Positions 10,453 through 24,267 of a stretch of 64,000 nt of DNA are shown here, piece by piece. Position 1 is the first letter of the stretch, and every line of letters starts with the position of its first letter. The DNA is from Pristiophorus japonicus (Eukaryota): contig NC_091998.1 of NCBI RefSeq assembly GCF_044704955.1, positions 62,248,001-62,312,000 of the forward strand, read 5' to 3'. The position numbers and the translations under genes are program-made. The notes beneath the pieces are model-generated. The model did no database searches. It was not told the DNA's origin and was given only the letters and a program-made list of their open reading frames with translations.

Positions 10453-13400
10453 AAAACATAGCAACATAGAAAATAGGTGCAAGAGCAGGCTATTCGGCCC
10501 TTCGAGCCTGCACCGCCATTCAATATGATCATGGCTGATCATTCAACCTCAGTATCCCATCCCAGCCTTCTCTCCATACCCCCGATCTCTTTAGCCGTAA
10601 GGGCCACATCTAACTCCCTTTTGACTATGTCCAATGAACTGGACTCAACAACTTTCTGTGGCAGCGAATTCTACAGGTTCACAATTCTCTGAGTGAAAAA
10701 GTTTCTCCTCATCTCTGTCCTATATGGATTACCCCTTATCCTTAGACTGTGTCCTCTAGTTCTGGACTTCCCCAACATCGGGAACATTCTTCCTGCATGT
10801 AACCTGTCCAGTCCCGTCAGAATTTTATACATTTCTATGAGATCCCCTCTCATTCTTCTAAATTCCAGGGAGTATAAGCCTAGCCGATCCAGTCTTTCCT
10901 CATATGTCAGTCCTGCCATCCCGGAAATCAGTCTGATGAACCTTCGCTGCACTCCCTCAATAGCAAGAATGTCCTTCCTCAGATTAGGAGACCAAAACGG
11001 CGCACAATACTCGAGGTGTGGTCTCACCAAGGCCCTGTACAACTGCAGCAAGACCTCCCTGCTCCTATACTCAAATCCCCTCACTATGAAGGCCATCATG
11101 CCATTTGCTTTCTTAACTGCCTGCTGTACCTGCATGCCTACCTTCAATGACTGATGTACCATGACACCCAGGTCTCATTGCACCTCCCCTTTTACTAATC
11201 TGTCACCATTCAGCTAATAATCTGCCTTCCTGTTTTTGCCACCAAAGTGAATAACCTCACATTTATCCACATTATACTGCATCTGCCATGCATTTGCCCA
11301 TTCGCCTAACCTTGCAGCCTCTTAACATCCTCCTCGCAGCTTGTACTGCTACCCAGCTTCATGTCATCTGCAAACTTGGAGATATTACATTCAATTCCTT
11401 CATCTAAATCATTAATGTATATTGTGAATAGCTGGGGTCCCAGCACTGAACCCTGCGGCAACCCACTAGTCACTGCCTGCCATTCTGAAAAGGATCAGTT
11501 TATTCCCACTCTTTGCTTCCTGTCTGCCAACCATTTCTCTATCTACATCAATACCTAACTCCCAATACCATGTGCCTTCATTTTGCGCACCAATCTCTTG
11601 TGTGGGACCTTGTCAAAAGCCTTTTGAAAGTCCAAATGCACCACATCCACTGGTTCTCCCTTATCCACTCTACTAGTTACATCCTCAAAAAACTCGAAGA
11701 TTTGTCAAGCATGATTTCCCTTTCATAAATCCATGCTGACTTGGACCGATCCTGTCACTGCTTTCCAAATGTGCTGATATTACATCTTTAATAATTGACT
11801 CCTGCATTTTCCCCACCACCGATGTCAGGCTAACCGGTCTATAATTCCCTGTTTTCTCTCTCCCTCCTTTTTAAAAAAAGTGGCGTTACATTAGCTATCC
11901 TCCAATCCATAGGAACTGATACAGATTCCATGGAAAATGACCACCAATACATCTACTATTTCTAGGACCATTTCCTTAAGTACTCTGGTATGCAGACTAT
12001 CAGGCCCTGGGGATTTATCGACCTTCAGTCCCTTCAATTTCCCTAACACCATTTCCTGACTAATAAGGATTTCCCTCAGTTCCCCCTTCTCGCTAGACCC
12101 TCGGTCCCCTAGTATTTTCAGGAGGTTATTAATGTCTTCCTTAGTGAAGACAGAACCAAAGTATTTGTTCAATTGGTCTGCCATTTCCTTGTTCCCCATT
12201 ATGAATTCACCTGATTCTGACTGCAAGGGACCTACATTTGTCTTCACTAATCTTTTTCTCTTCATATCTATAGAAGCTTTTGCAGTCAGTTTTTATGTTC
12301 CCTGCAAGCTTGCGCTCATACTCTCTTTTCCCCCTCCTAATTAAACCCTTTGTCGTCCTCTGCTGAATTCTAAATTTCTCCCAGTCCTCAGGTTTGCTGT
12401 TTTTTCTGCCCAATTTATATGCCTCTTCCTTGGATTTAACACTTTCCTTAATTTCCCTTGTTAGCCACCTTCCCCGTTTTATTTTTACGCCACACAGGGA
12501 TGTACAATTGTTGTAGTTCATCCATGTGATCTTTAAATGTCTGCCATTGCCTACCCACCGTCAACCCTTTAAGTATCATTCGCCAGTCTATCCTAGCCAA
12601 TTCACATCTCATACCTTCGAAGTTTTCTTTAAGTTCAGGACCTTAGTCTCTGAATTAACTATGTCACTCTCCATCTTAATGAAGAATTCTACCATATTAT
12701 GGTCACTCTTCCCCAAGGGGCCTCGCACGACCAGATTGCTAATTAATCGTCTCTCGTTGCACAAGACCCAGTCTAGGATGGCCTGCTCTCTAGTTGGTTC
12801 CTCGACATATTGGTCTAGAAACCATTCCTTATACACTCCAGGAACAACTCCTCCACAGTATTGCTACCAGTTTGGTTAGCCCAATCAATATGTAGATTAA
12901 AGTCACCCATGATAACTGCTGTATCCTTATTGCACGCGTCCCTAATTTCCTGTTTGATGCTGTCCCCAACCTCCCTACTACTGTTTGGTGGTCTGTACAC
13001 AACTCCCACTAACGTTTTCTGCCCTTTGGTGTTTCGCAGCTCTACTCATATAGATTCCAGATCATCCACGCTAATGTCCTTACTTACTATTACATTAATC
13101 TCTTTAACCAGTAACGCTACCCTACCTTATTTTCCTTCCTGTCTATCCTTCCTGAATATTGAATACCCCTGGATGTTGAGTTCCCAGGCTTGGTTACCCT
13201 GGAGCCATGTCTCCGTAATCCCAATTACATCATATCCGTTAACAGCTATCTGTGCAGTTAATTCATCCGCCTTATTACGAATGCTCCTTGCATTGAGACT
13301 CAGAGCCTTCAGGCTTATTTTTTTAACACTCTTTGTCCTTTTAGAATTATGTTATAATGTGACCCTTTTTGTTTTTTGCCCTTGATTTCTCTGCTCTCCA

Positions 13401-13530
13401 CTCTTGTTTTTCTCCTTCCTACCTTTTGTTTCTGTCCTCTTTTTTTACTTTCCTCTGCCTCCCTGCATTGATTCCCATCCCCCTTCCATTTTAGTTTAAA
13501 CCCTTCCCAACAGCACTAGCAAACACTCCC
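10453..13530 (-). mobile_element. CR1 LINE, about 3.1 kb, covering the endonuclease and RT regions of ORF2 (decayed)
   Basis: GVVYRPPNS, VIMGDFNL, EPTREQAILDWVL and LGKSDHNMVEF (APE endonuclease), plus RT and C-terminal ORF 10671-11162. Tail at about 10455. Confidence 0.95.
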
Positions 13531-14427
13531 AAGTGAACTTTAAAAATTCAACATGTACACCTTTGCTTCCATCTTTGATTACCTATAATTTTCCTACGCT
13601 GAATAGTAACACGGGAATTAGGGAGCTGTGGAGACCCTCAAAACCCGCCTTATTTTGCAATATTCTTCGGGTGATTCCCAAATTGTTTTCTTGTTTGTTT
13701 AGGATGCAGAAATGCTCCAGCAGCTGCTAAAGAGTTAAAAGTCTTCACAATAAAACTGTAAATAATTATATGTAATGTAAATAAAGTTCGATGTGCTACT
13801 TGTACCAAAGACTCACTGAGGTATGGAGTTCACTTGTACTGCCGATCAGCGCTGGACTGTTCACTGACATTGACATAGCTTTGTTGACCCATAATTACTG
13901 AATCGGGGTATTGCAGAGGCTTCCAATCTCAGAAGCACACCTATAATGTACAATTTGGAAGGCCTCTCTCTGCACACAAAGCTTTTTGGTTTCAACAAAA
14001 ATATAAGCATTGGGTTCACAATTCCTCGCTAACCTATAATTAAATTCAATCAAAATACTTCCCTAATGAAATAAACAAGACCGTTACTAAAGGGCATTTC
14101 AGCATGTCCTACCCAGACTCCATTTAAATTGTATCAGAATGCTGTCCAAACCGCCATCATTTAACCTTCTATGGGTTCCAGTAGTGAATGAGGATCTTCA
14201 GTAATTTGATTTTTTTTCTTAATTTCAATTTGTTGTTCTTCTCCGCTTCCTACACTACAAAACATTTCATAACTGAGCAAGGGCCTCTCAGATCTGTTGC
14301 TAACCGAGAGCATGGGCAATGGCATTCTTGATCTTACTTCAAGAAGGGATGCAAAGATTTTTAATATAGATGTATTTTCCCATTTTTCCCCGAGTAAGAG
14401 CTAATATTGAGCTGTTGTATCAGTTGT

Positions 14428-15415
14428 CATCATCATCATAAGCAATCCCTCGAAATCAAGAAAGACTTGCTTCCACTCTAAAAGTGAGTTCTCAGATGAC
14501 TGAACAGTCCAATACGGGAATTACAGTCTCTGTCACAGGTGGGACAGACAGTGGCTGAAGGAAGGGGTGGGTGGGGAGTCTGGTTTGCCGCACGCTCCTT
14601 CCGCTGCCTGCATTTGATTTCTGCATGCTCTTGGCGACGAGACTCGAGGTGCTCACTGTCCTCCCGGATGCTCTTCTTCCACTTTGGGCGGTCTTGGGCC
14701 AGGGGTTCCCAGGTGCCAGTGGGAATGTTGCATTTTATCAAGGAGGCTTTGAGGCTGTCCTTGAAATGTTTCCTCTGCCCAACTGGGGCCCGCTTGCCGT
14801 GTAGGAGTTCCAAGTAGAGCGCTTGCTTTGGGAGTCTCATGTTGGGCATGCGGACGATGTGGCTGGTTGAGTGTGGTCAGTGCTTTGATGCTGGGGCTGT
14901 TGGCCTGATCGAAAACACTGTCCTCCCAGTGGATTTGCAGGATCTTGCAGAGTCAGCATTGGTGGTACTTCTCCAGCGCTTTGAGTTGTCTGCTGTATAT
15001 AGTCCATGTCTCTGAGCCATATAGGAGGGCGGGTATCACTAATGCCCTGTAGACCATAAGCTTAGTGCCATATTTGAGGTCCTGGTCTTCAAACACTTAG
15101 GCCAACATTCCTCAGGCGACCGAAGGCTGCACTGGCACACTGGAGGCGGTGTTGGACCTCATTGTCAAATCTGCCCTTGCTGATAGGCTCCCGAGGTATG
15201 GAAAATGGTCCACATTGTGCAAGGATGTTGATGACCGGGGGGGGCAGTGCTGTGTGGCGGGGTCAGGTTGGTGGAGGATCTTTGTCTTGCGGATGTTTAG
15301 TGTAAGGCCCATGCTTTCGTACGCCTCGGTGCAGATATTAACGTGGCTTGGAGTTCGGCCTCTGAATATGTGCAGACACAAGCGTCGTCTGAGTAGTGCA
15401 GTTCGATGACAGAGC
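14428..15415 (-). mobile_element. RTE-clade LINE 3' fragment with 10-bp TSD
   Basis: ORF 14478-14849(-) ends in CPTCDRDCNSRIGLFSH. (TGA)n tail. TSD TATCAGTTGT at 14418-14427 and 15416-15425. Confidence 0.9.
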
Positions 15416-15844
15416 TATCAGTTGTACATTTCAATGTAATATACTGTTTATGGAATCATACGCCAACAAGAGTTGGAGCCTTCAGTAGAACAGAAAAATC
15501 GCAGGATTTATAGAAAGAAAAACTGTTGGCAGCCTAGGTTTTGAACTCTGGAATATCCTTAGCACCCAGTGGAAATGATTCCTCTATATAAATATATAGC
15601 GGGGTTCCATTGCAAAAAATATCCTTGTCTCTCTATTCGGAACTTATGATGGAAATCTGGGACAAAGTGCAAATGGGCATTACAGCATTAACGTCCACTG
15701 AGTATTGTTGTAAAAGTAGTTAAAATTATAGTTTGCCACTAACTGACTTGTGATGTGAAAGTGGGATTTTCCCCCTGAAGGTATTTAAAAATGCTGCAGG
15801 TGTTGCATTAAATAATGTCAAAGCTTTAATAAACTTTTAACCTA

Positions 15845-16568
15845 AGAGTACAATCCTAAAGGAGGTGCATGAACAGAGAGATTTGAGGGCATACGTACAG
15901 AAATCATTGAAGGTGGCAGGGCAGGTTGAGAAAGCGGTTAAATAAGCATACGGGATCCTGGGCTTCATAAATAGAGTACAAAAGCAAGGAAGTTATGATG
16001 AACCTTTATAAAACACTGGTTCGGCCTCAACTGGAGAATTGTGTTCAATTCTGGGCACCATAGTTTAAGAAGGTTGAGAAGGCCTTAGAGCGGGTGCAGA
16101 AAAGATTTATGAGAATGATTCCAGGGATGAGGGACTTCAGTTATGTTGATAGACTGGAGAAGCTGGGGTTGTTCTCCTTAGAACAGAGAAGGTTGAGAGG
16201 AGATTTGATAAAGGTGTTCAAAATCATGAGGGGTGTAGACAGAGAGAAACTATTCCTATTGGCGGAAGGACCAAGAACCAGAGGACACAGATTTAAGGAG
16301 ATTGGCAGAAGAACTAAAGGCGACATAAAGAAAATCATTTTTATGTAGCAAGTGGTTAGGATCTGGAATATACTTTCTGAAAGAGTGATGGAGGCAGATT
16401 CAATCGTGGCTTTCAAAAGGGAATTGGATAAGTACCTGAAGGAAAAAAAACCTGCAGGGAAAGGGCGGGGGAGTGGGACTGGCTGAAGTGCTCTTGCAGA
16501 GAGCCGGCACGGGCTCGGTGGGTCGAATGGCCTCCTTCTGTGCTATAACCATTCTATCATTCTATAAT
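15845..16568 (+). mobile_element. CR1 LINE 3' fragment
   Basis: ORF 16094-16348 QKRFMRMIPG...LGLFSLEQRRLRGDLI, followed by the CR1 tail hairpin and TTCTA repeats. Confidence 0.9.
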
Positions 16569-18544
16569 TTCTGTCATGCTTCAACAAAACGTAATATATT
16601 CTTGTACCTAAGCTCGGAAATTTAAACCAACCCTGCAGGCATCTCATTAACTTGTATGAAAGTTTTATTTGCACTGCTTTGTTACACGTCTTAAACCGCT
16701 GAGATTGACCCTGAATTTCCTTAATCGTACTCCATCCCGCATCAGCATACTTATGCACGCGGTGCAGGATACTAACCTTTACGTCACCTAATCATAACTT
16801 CTTAATTTACTTCATTTGTCTCTGCAGAATATTTAAATTTGTGTCTCGATCACAATTCATTTTTGTCTTTATTTTATTAATCTATGCTACTTGTAGTCAG
16901 TGCTTCTCTCAACTTCCTTCTAAATCCCAAGTACATCTACCTATACACTCTTCCTCCACCCTACCTTCTCGCTCATCACACCATCTAACACACTGATTCC
17001 CATGACCTCAAAAGCATGGAACTCATCTCCCTCAATCTTGCATTCCTACAAACCTAATCACTATATCCTGTTTTACCTCCTCTGCTCTCCTACCTTCTCC
17101 AACCTTGGCTTGCATGACAGGAGCGCATTTTTGAGTGCCTATCACCCTGACCAACTCACAGACATATGATTTTCCACTTAAAAGAATTTCTGCGCTGGGA
17201 GCACTCCATTTGAAAATTTACCTCACGTTATGCTCACTCTGCTTTCAAATTTCTGTTTTCTCCATTTAATCCTCCTCTCCTGAAGGCAGTGATTTATGCT
17301 GGGCTATGCTTCCTTTGGTACTGTTAGCCTCTGGTATCTCTTCATGTCTGAACCTCGTCAGCCGCCGTGGTCATCACCACCAAGCTCATCTTCATCCAGG
17401 GTCCAGTGGCGAGAGTGGCTAGATTTTAATCAAGGATGGGAATTCTGGTTAATTTTCCCTTTGTCCTCTGACTCTGTAATTTGGTGGCGCTAATGTCACA
17501 CTGGTAATCTATCTGAGATCAGCACATTCGGTATTGAGCAAGGATGGATAATCTGTTTTTTAATGCACCTGCATTTTCTGTTACTATTCACATGCTCATA
17601 ACCTTAGTTAAAAGCTGTTGATTATCTTTGTGAAGTAGAGGTATTACTTTGTCCTGTCTTAATTTACTTTTTGTCATTTTATTTTCTTAGCTTCCTTACT
17701 TTTGTTCAGGAGGCAATCTGTGGCGAGGGCTTGCTGTTGTTCAGCTACCTGCTCAAATGTACAAGATCAGTCTGGCGTATCCAGCCCTCTGACCATATCA
17801 ACCGTGCATAAAAATGCCATGATTCATTTTGGGATAGCCGTCTGTTGACAGTCAAGAAATGATGATTGAGCGCAATCGTGGCTCTACCACTACTCAAATA
17901 CCGTAACAATGATTTGGCACACATTATATCTTCTGTTTTATCCCCCAGCCCCCATATGCTTTGTTGGTCAGTGCGTTGTATGGATCTGTGAGAGGACAAT
18001 GAATCCTGCTTTGGTTGGGTTGGGTGGGGTGGGTGTGGGCGTTGGAGCAAGTGCTGGGTGCTGTGATGTGCAGATTGTAGAACACTTAGGCCCGAAGCTC
18101 TGGAATTCCTTAAACCTCACTGCCTCGCCACCTCCCTCTCCTTTAAACCCTCCTTAAAAACCCACCTCTTTAACCAATCTTTTAGTCACTCGTAATATTT
18201 CTTTTGTTTTTTTTTGTCTGATTTTCTTCTGTCATGAAGCGTATTGCAACATTTTTCTGTGTAAAAAGCATTAAATAATTCAATATTGTTATTTACATTT
18301 TGAAATTAATGCAAATTTTCCACCTTCCAATGTTCCCCTCTTTGCTTGTCACATAGAAGTTCCACAGGCATAACGAATGTGTGAACCTAGACTGAAATCA
18401 TCAGGCTATCCAACTGGAGAGCACCTTATCTAACCTGATTTTGTCCTCGCCCAATATTCACATATGCACAGTTCCCAACGAGGCTCGCTGAACAGCAATC
18501 AGAAGAGGAAAACCTGCCGTTTCTTTTAATATCTTTCTTTGCAA

Positions 18545-19605
18545 GGCCATTGAAGTCCAACCAGTCCATGCCAGCGTTTATGCTCCGCTCGAGCCTCCTC
18601 CCGTCTTTCCTCATCTAATTCTATCAGCATAACCCTCTATTCCCTTCTCCCCCATATGTTTGTCCAGCCTCCCCTTAAATGCATTGATACTATTCGCCTC
18701 AACCCCTCCCGAGTTCCACATTCTCACCACTCTCTGGGTAAAGAAGTTTCTTCTGAATTCCCCTTTGGGTTTCTTGCTGACTACCTTATATTGATGGCCT
18801 CTAGTTATGATTTATGCCACAAGTGGAAACACACTCTCTGTATTTACTCCATCCAAACCTTTCAGAATTTTAAAGACCTCAGTTAGGTCATCGCTCAGCC
18901 TTTTTTCAAGTGAAAAGAGTCCACCCAGCCTGTTCATCCTTTCCTCACATTTCTGGTATCATCCTTGTAAATCTTCCCTGTACCCTCTCCAGTGCCTCCA
19001 TATCCTTTTTTCTAATATGGGGACCAGAATTGTATGCAGTACTCCCAAGTGTGGTCTAACCAAGGTTCGATACAAGTTTAGTATAACTTCCCTCCTTTTC
19101 AATTCTATCCCTCTAGAAATAAATCCTAGTGCCAAGTTTGCTTGTTTTATGACCTTGTCAACCCGTGTCGCTACTTTTAGTGATTTGTGTATTTGTATTC
19201 CGAGATCCCTTTGCTCCCCTACCCCACCCAGGCTCGCACCCTCCAAGTAATAAGTAACCTCCCTATTCTTCCTACCAAAATATAATACCTCACATTTGTC
19301 TGTGTTGAATTTCATTTGCCAATTATATGCCCATTCTGCAAGTTTATTGTTGTCTTCCTGTAATTTGTTGCAGTCCTCCTCAACATTAACTATTCCCTCC
19401 CTACCCACCGCCCCCCAATTTGGGGTCATCCGCAAATTTAGAAATTATGTTTTTGATTCCAAAGTCTAAATCGTTTATAGAAATTGTGAACAACAGTGGT
19501 CCCAGCACTGATCCTTGTGCAATACCACTACCCACCTTGTGCAACTGTGAATAGCTACCCTTTACCCCTCCTCTCTGCTTTCAGTCTTGAAGCCAGCTAG
19601 CTGTC
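18545..19605 (-). mobile_element. CR1 LINE 3' fragment
   Basis: KFADD region at about 19425 and WQMKFNTDKC...LYRTLVRPHL in ORF 18959-19435. Confidence 0.85.
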
Positions 19606-20401
19606 AGGTAGGAGGTATGTGTTACTGAAGGTTAATGGGCGGTAAGGATGCGACTTAATTTTGAGGCCGTTGCCACCCTGATAAACCCAGGCAAAAGAGG
19701 TTAAAATTGATCTCACTCTGTGGTCTGACCAGTTTCTGCATATGTTAAAATTCAATTTATTCGTCTTGAAAAATCATGCTGTGATTACACACACTAGTTT
19801 TTAAATATCCTTTTTTAAGTACATTAATTGTGGGGTAAGATTAGTATATTAATTGCTAGATATATTACTAAAAAGTTAAGTTTTTTTGATGGTTTGTAAG
19901 ATAAATCCAAGTGTCATGCTGAGTCTTGCACACCATGAAGCGGCCAGGTTTAATATTTAATCTATGCTGACTTAGCTGATTACTCAGGGTTTCTGTTCCT
20001 CATTGTCTCATGACTCCTGCTAGGAAATGCAGGTGTAAACACCAGGGCTGAGCTGTCTTTCTCCCCATACTGCCATCGAATCACCTGTCGTGGCTCACAC
20101 ATGTCCAATGTCCACTTGAACAGGGTACCACAGGGATACCAGTGCACTCTTGGTGCCATGCCATGTGGCTGACAGCACCCTTAAGTGGGGGAGAGGGGGA
20201 GAATTATTGACCTAATTGATAGTAATTATGCTAATAAATTGCTGGGTATTGAAGTTGAAATATGTTCCATTAAAGTAGCTTATATTTTTAGTCCACAGTT
20301 TATCTTTAATATTGTAAATGAGTGCCCAGCTCCACCCTAAACTGATTGTGTTCAGTGGCATGTGTCTGTATCATTAACATTCTGCTGTGTGTTAACTGCA
20401 G

Positions 20402-20496
20402 GAGTACCAGGTGAACCACTGCCAGTGGAAAGTGAAAAGGACATCTTCGATTACATCGAGTGGCGGTATCGAGAGCCGAAAGAGCGAAGTGAGTGA
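20402..20496 (+). CDS. POLB: DNA polymerase beta, terminal coding exon
   Basis: After the acceptor ..ttaactgcag (phase 1) it reads (G)[30 protein letters not shown]. This matches the human POLB C-terminus [31 protein letters not shown], with the same exon boundary as I recall it. Not in the ORF track. Confidence 0.96.
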
Positions 20497-20735
20497 GTGC
20501 CACCTGAGGGTCACCCACAGAACCTCTTCACACAAAAAGTACTCTGCAGTTCTGTGGTAATGAGAATGTGAAGAGTCCTGATAAGTGTAGGACTGGGTGA
20601 AATATTGATAAGGATTTCTCAATTCCTTTACTCAAGAACTTTGTATCCGCATATATGGCTAGTATATTGTGCATGAAGTTAACATGTATTTCTAGATAAG
20701 ATCAGCCTGTCCATAAGGTCCTGTGCAGTAATATC

Positions 20736-20784
20736 AATAAAGCACTTTGAAGACACATTGGAGTGGCATTTAATAATGAATAAA
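20736..20784 (+). terminator. Candidate POLB polyadenylation signals (AATAAA at 20736 and 20779)
   Basis: Two AATAAA hexamers 240-290 nt after the stop codon. Usage not shown. Confidence 0.5.
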
Positions 20785-22749
20785 AAATAGAATATTAAAT
20801 ACAAATATTACACATGATTAATCAATACTGTTTGTAAAACTAGCAAGACCAAAGGGCTGCAGACATATAGGTCAGCTGACCTCAAAAAAAAACGAATTAC
20901 AATAACTCTCACAATTAGACCTTTACCAATGTTAAGCTAATTGAACTGATACTTTCCAAACAATGCCCTTTAGCTTGTTTGATAAATAAGTAAGTACAGT
21001 ATATAGATTATATGGTTAAGAACTCATTGCAAAGCCAACAAGGGATGACACAATTCTTAGTGAGCCACTCTCTGCCAGCCTTGTGTAATGTGCAGTATAC
21101 ACCAGGTAAAAGCTTCACAAGCATTTACTTATTCAGTGGTTGTGCGTGTCACTCGTAGCTTCTGTATATATGGCACACGCTGAATAGAGCGTATTCACCT
21201 GGTTCTCTGCAGCAATATATGTCTAGCAGGTTGTGAATGCTGTAAGTTGTTTGCCGCAGTACTTGGGACAAAGCTTCTGTACAATTGGTGCAGGCACCAT
21301 GCAACTCCTTTGTAATATAGTGTGGCATCTCTACTAGTGCAGTGTGTGCTGTTCCTAGGATACCTACTTTATTCATCTTGTTTCTTAAAATATAGCAGAC
21401 ATTGTGTTGCAATGAGTTAAAAGTTGGGCAGTTTAGAATTAAAAACTGTGGATGTGTGATACTCTTGGTGCAGAATTGCAGGTTTAGTTTCAGAATACAC
21501 AGGAAATTTTGATATGCTGCATAAATTCCACCGGTGCAGTGCACCACATGGACCTGGTGATTTAGCTGCCATTTTACAATATACTGTTGAAGTAAGTAGA
21601 GGAAGGTTATAAAGGTAAGTTACTGTTCTCTTCTTAAAATGGAAACTGACCCTAACACGCAAGATCTTAGGTTTATATTATTGTGACAATAAATTAGTAA
21701 GAACAATCAAAATACTTTCAACGACAGTACCTTTGTGTGTTGGAGCATTATCGGGTATTTCATTGGGACTTAAAGGGAAAATGCAGTCCACCTCGGCTTT
21801 TTCCATTGTTATATTGCTATTTTGCATATTAGTTATCAATTGGAGCAGTACCAATCAGGGTTTATTATTGAACTGCTGAGCTGTCACTCCCCGTCAGCCT
21901 GAGGTTTTGTTTGGCTCACATCTTTGAACTGCTGGGCTGCAACTTTGAGTTGGGTTTGTTGTTGCGCGCTTGACTGGATCTTGCAGGAGCACTGGACTGC
22001 AACTTATGGGTTGTGTATTTTATTTGGCACTAGAAAGTAGTTTTGGTTTGGTGGGTCAGGTAGAGTTTGATCATGAGACCAGCTGGAGTTGGAACTGCCA
22101 AGACTCTTGATTAACTGCCAGTTTTGATCATCCACCAGAAGCTAATCATAGTGATGGCACAAAATGAGGTTTGTGCACGGAGGAAAGACTCAAATTGAAA
22201 CTGACTATAATAATTAGCAGGTTTTGAGAGTTTGGATGACGAAGTCCAGTAAATGTCTGGGTTGTTGGTATACTGATAGTTGCTCTGGTTTAAGTGTTAC
22301 TTGTCAACACTTCTGTAGAATTTGCCACACTGTATAGCTGGCAACCCAATAACTTACTAGTGTATTTTACAGGCTTTTACACATTTTATCTTATTTGTAA
22401 TATATACAAAAGTTTGTTCATATGAATCCAAACGTTCTCGAACATTTTAGAAATGAATGCAAAATGGTATGAAAACGAGCTAGTAGGTGGGAAGAAGATT
22501 GTCCTTTATTACAAGACTTCCTTGGGGGTGGGACTAAATTCTATATGTGCTAATTTGATTTGCAGAATTCTGACCTTGGCAAAAGGTTAAATGTCATACA
22601 ATATTGGGACTGCTCTGATGTCTGATGATGGATAGTTAGTGCCCAACATTGCAATCGAGCTGGTATTTGAAATGGAAAAAGCTATTCTGCAAGTATTTGT
22701 TGAGCTGATTGCTCTCTGCAATCTCTAAACGGAACCTAATATTGCCTGA

Positions 22750-22772
22750 TGTGTGTGTGTGTGTGTGTGTGT
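22750..22772. repeat. (TG)n microsatellite
   Basis: Visible TG run. Confidence 0.95.
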
Positions 22773-24029
22773 GCTTCACTGCAGAATCCTGAACTTCCAC
22801 TGAGCTCTGTTTACTTGTGTGGAGAGATAAATCAGCAACACGTCCTGCTGGTGCCAAATAGCCTCTTCCTATGCTGTAACATCTCTGTTTAAGGTCCTCT
22901 CCCTGTGTAATATACATCTTGTGTGTTACGACCATTTTAAAACATGTTACAATAAATGTAATTCTACAATTAACAGGACATTGGATGATATTGATGGTAG
23001 AGATTCTGTTCAAGTATTCTTACAAAAGGCTGCAACATTCTGATTTTTAATTTTTAAATAGCATTTAACCTGTAAATCATGCATATTTCACTCCTCTTAT
23101 CTGTTGCTCACTATTGCATATTATTCATGGAGCCTTCATAATGCTGCTCAGAAATCAACTGGTGTGGTGATACTGAAAGATGCACTTAATACTGAGCTTT
23201 ACATGAACTGTTATTTTGAATAGGGGATGGAGCAGTTGGCTTCAGAAATACACCTCTATTTGCCACGCAGTGATGTTAGGGATGGGGAGGGGTTGACTGC
23301 CAAGCACAGACCATGGAGAGACAGAACGTTGGAGGGCAAGACTTCCCAAGCAGCTCCGTTGCACCCTCTACGGCCGGGTCTGCCGGGGAATGTGTGTGGT
23401 ACAACGGGAAGAGCCGAAAGAGCAAAAAAATTGACATGAATAGCTCTTGGACACTACAGTATCACAGAAGCTTGGGAGGGCCGGAAAATGTAGCAGTAGA
23501 AGGGTGGAAAGTATTTAAAGTTGGGGGTATGAGGTGATGTAAGTAAGGACCTTTCTTGGTGTAATTATCCTTAATTGTTTTTTGCTGTTGATATCAGTCA
23601 GACGTTGTTAGTGGAGTTTCAAAAAGTTACTAAGACAGTGCAAACCTTTTCTAAATGTTACTGAATTTACAAAATTAGATTAATTGCTGTGGCCTGTTTT
23701 GCCTTTGATACGGTAGCTATACTAATGTGAGGTGGATGCTAATCATAGAGAGGATGGCAGTAGAGCACGTCAACAGACAATGGTCCAGAAAGTACAGTTA
23801 AAATCACATTCAGACCTCCACGTGTTCCACAATCTCACGCTTTTCTCAAATGCAGAACACTTCTCAAAATAAACCTAAATTAAGTTTCATTTCTCAACAA
23901 CAGGAGAATTTGCTCTGCTACTTCATTTCATTGCTGAGATCTTGGTATGCACAGCTTTAACCCTTGGTTTGCTGCTTGTATGGGAGCCTTGACTACGCAG
24001 CTAGCTATCAGCTCTCTTCCAGCAGAGAT

Positions 24030-24196
24030 AAAAAGAAAATCAGCCAGTGCTGGAGATGTGAAACACAGCAGGCTGGTGAACATCTGAAAGAGACCAGTTA
24101 GTGCTTCACCTGCAGATGATCAGCTGAAACATTAACTTGGCTTTTCTCAAATGCCGACTGACCTGCTGAATGTGCCCACAATTTTCTGCTATTTTA
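24030..24196. mobile_element. Short fold-back element made of two inverted Penelope-like termini
   Basis: AGTTAGTGCTTCA ... TGAAACATTAACT inverted pair, with outer CAGCAGG / CCTGCTG arms. The right arm resembles 25995-26070. Confidence 0.55.
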
Positions 24197-24261
24197 ACAC
24201 TTTTAGTGTGTCTCAGTAATTGAAAGCATTTTTTTTTTGCTCCTCCCTTCCCCAAGTTAGG

Positions 24262-24267
24262 TTTATT
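24262..24267 (-). terminator. Candidate DKK4 polyadenylation signal
   Basis: AATAAA on - about 490 nt past the DKK4 stop. ATTAAA variants also occur near 24650-24715. Confidence 0.35.

Noticed and set aside
10693-13385. Plus-strand ORFs of 100-174 aa
   Set aside because: Antisense shadows of the minus-strand CR1.
21865-22020. Three loosely repeated GAACTGCTG.GCTG.AACT motifs
   Set aside because: Too degenerate to define a unit or function by eye.
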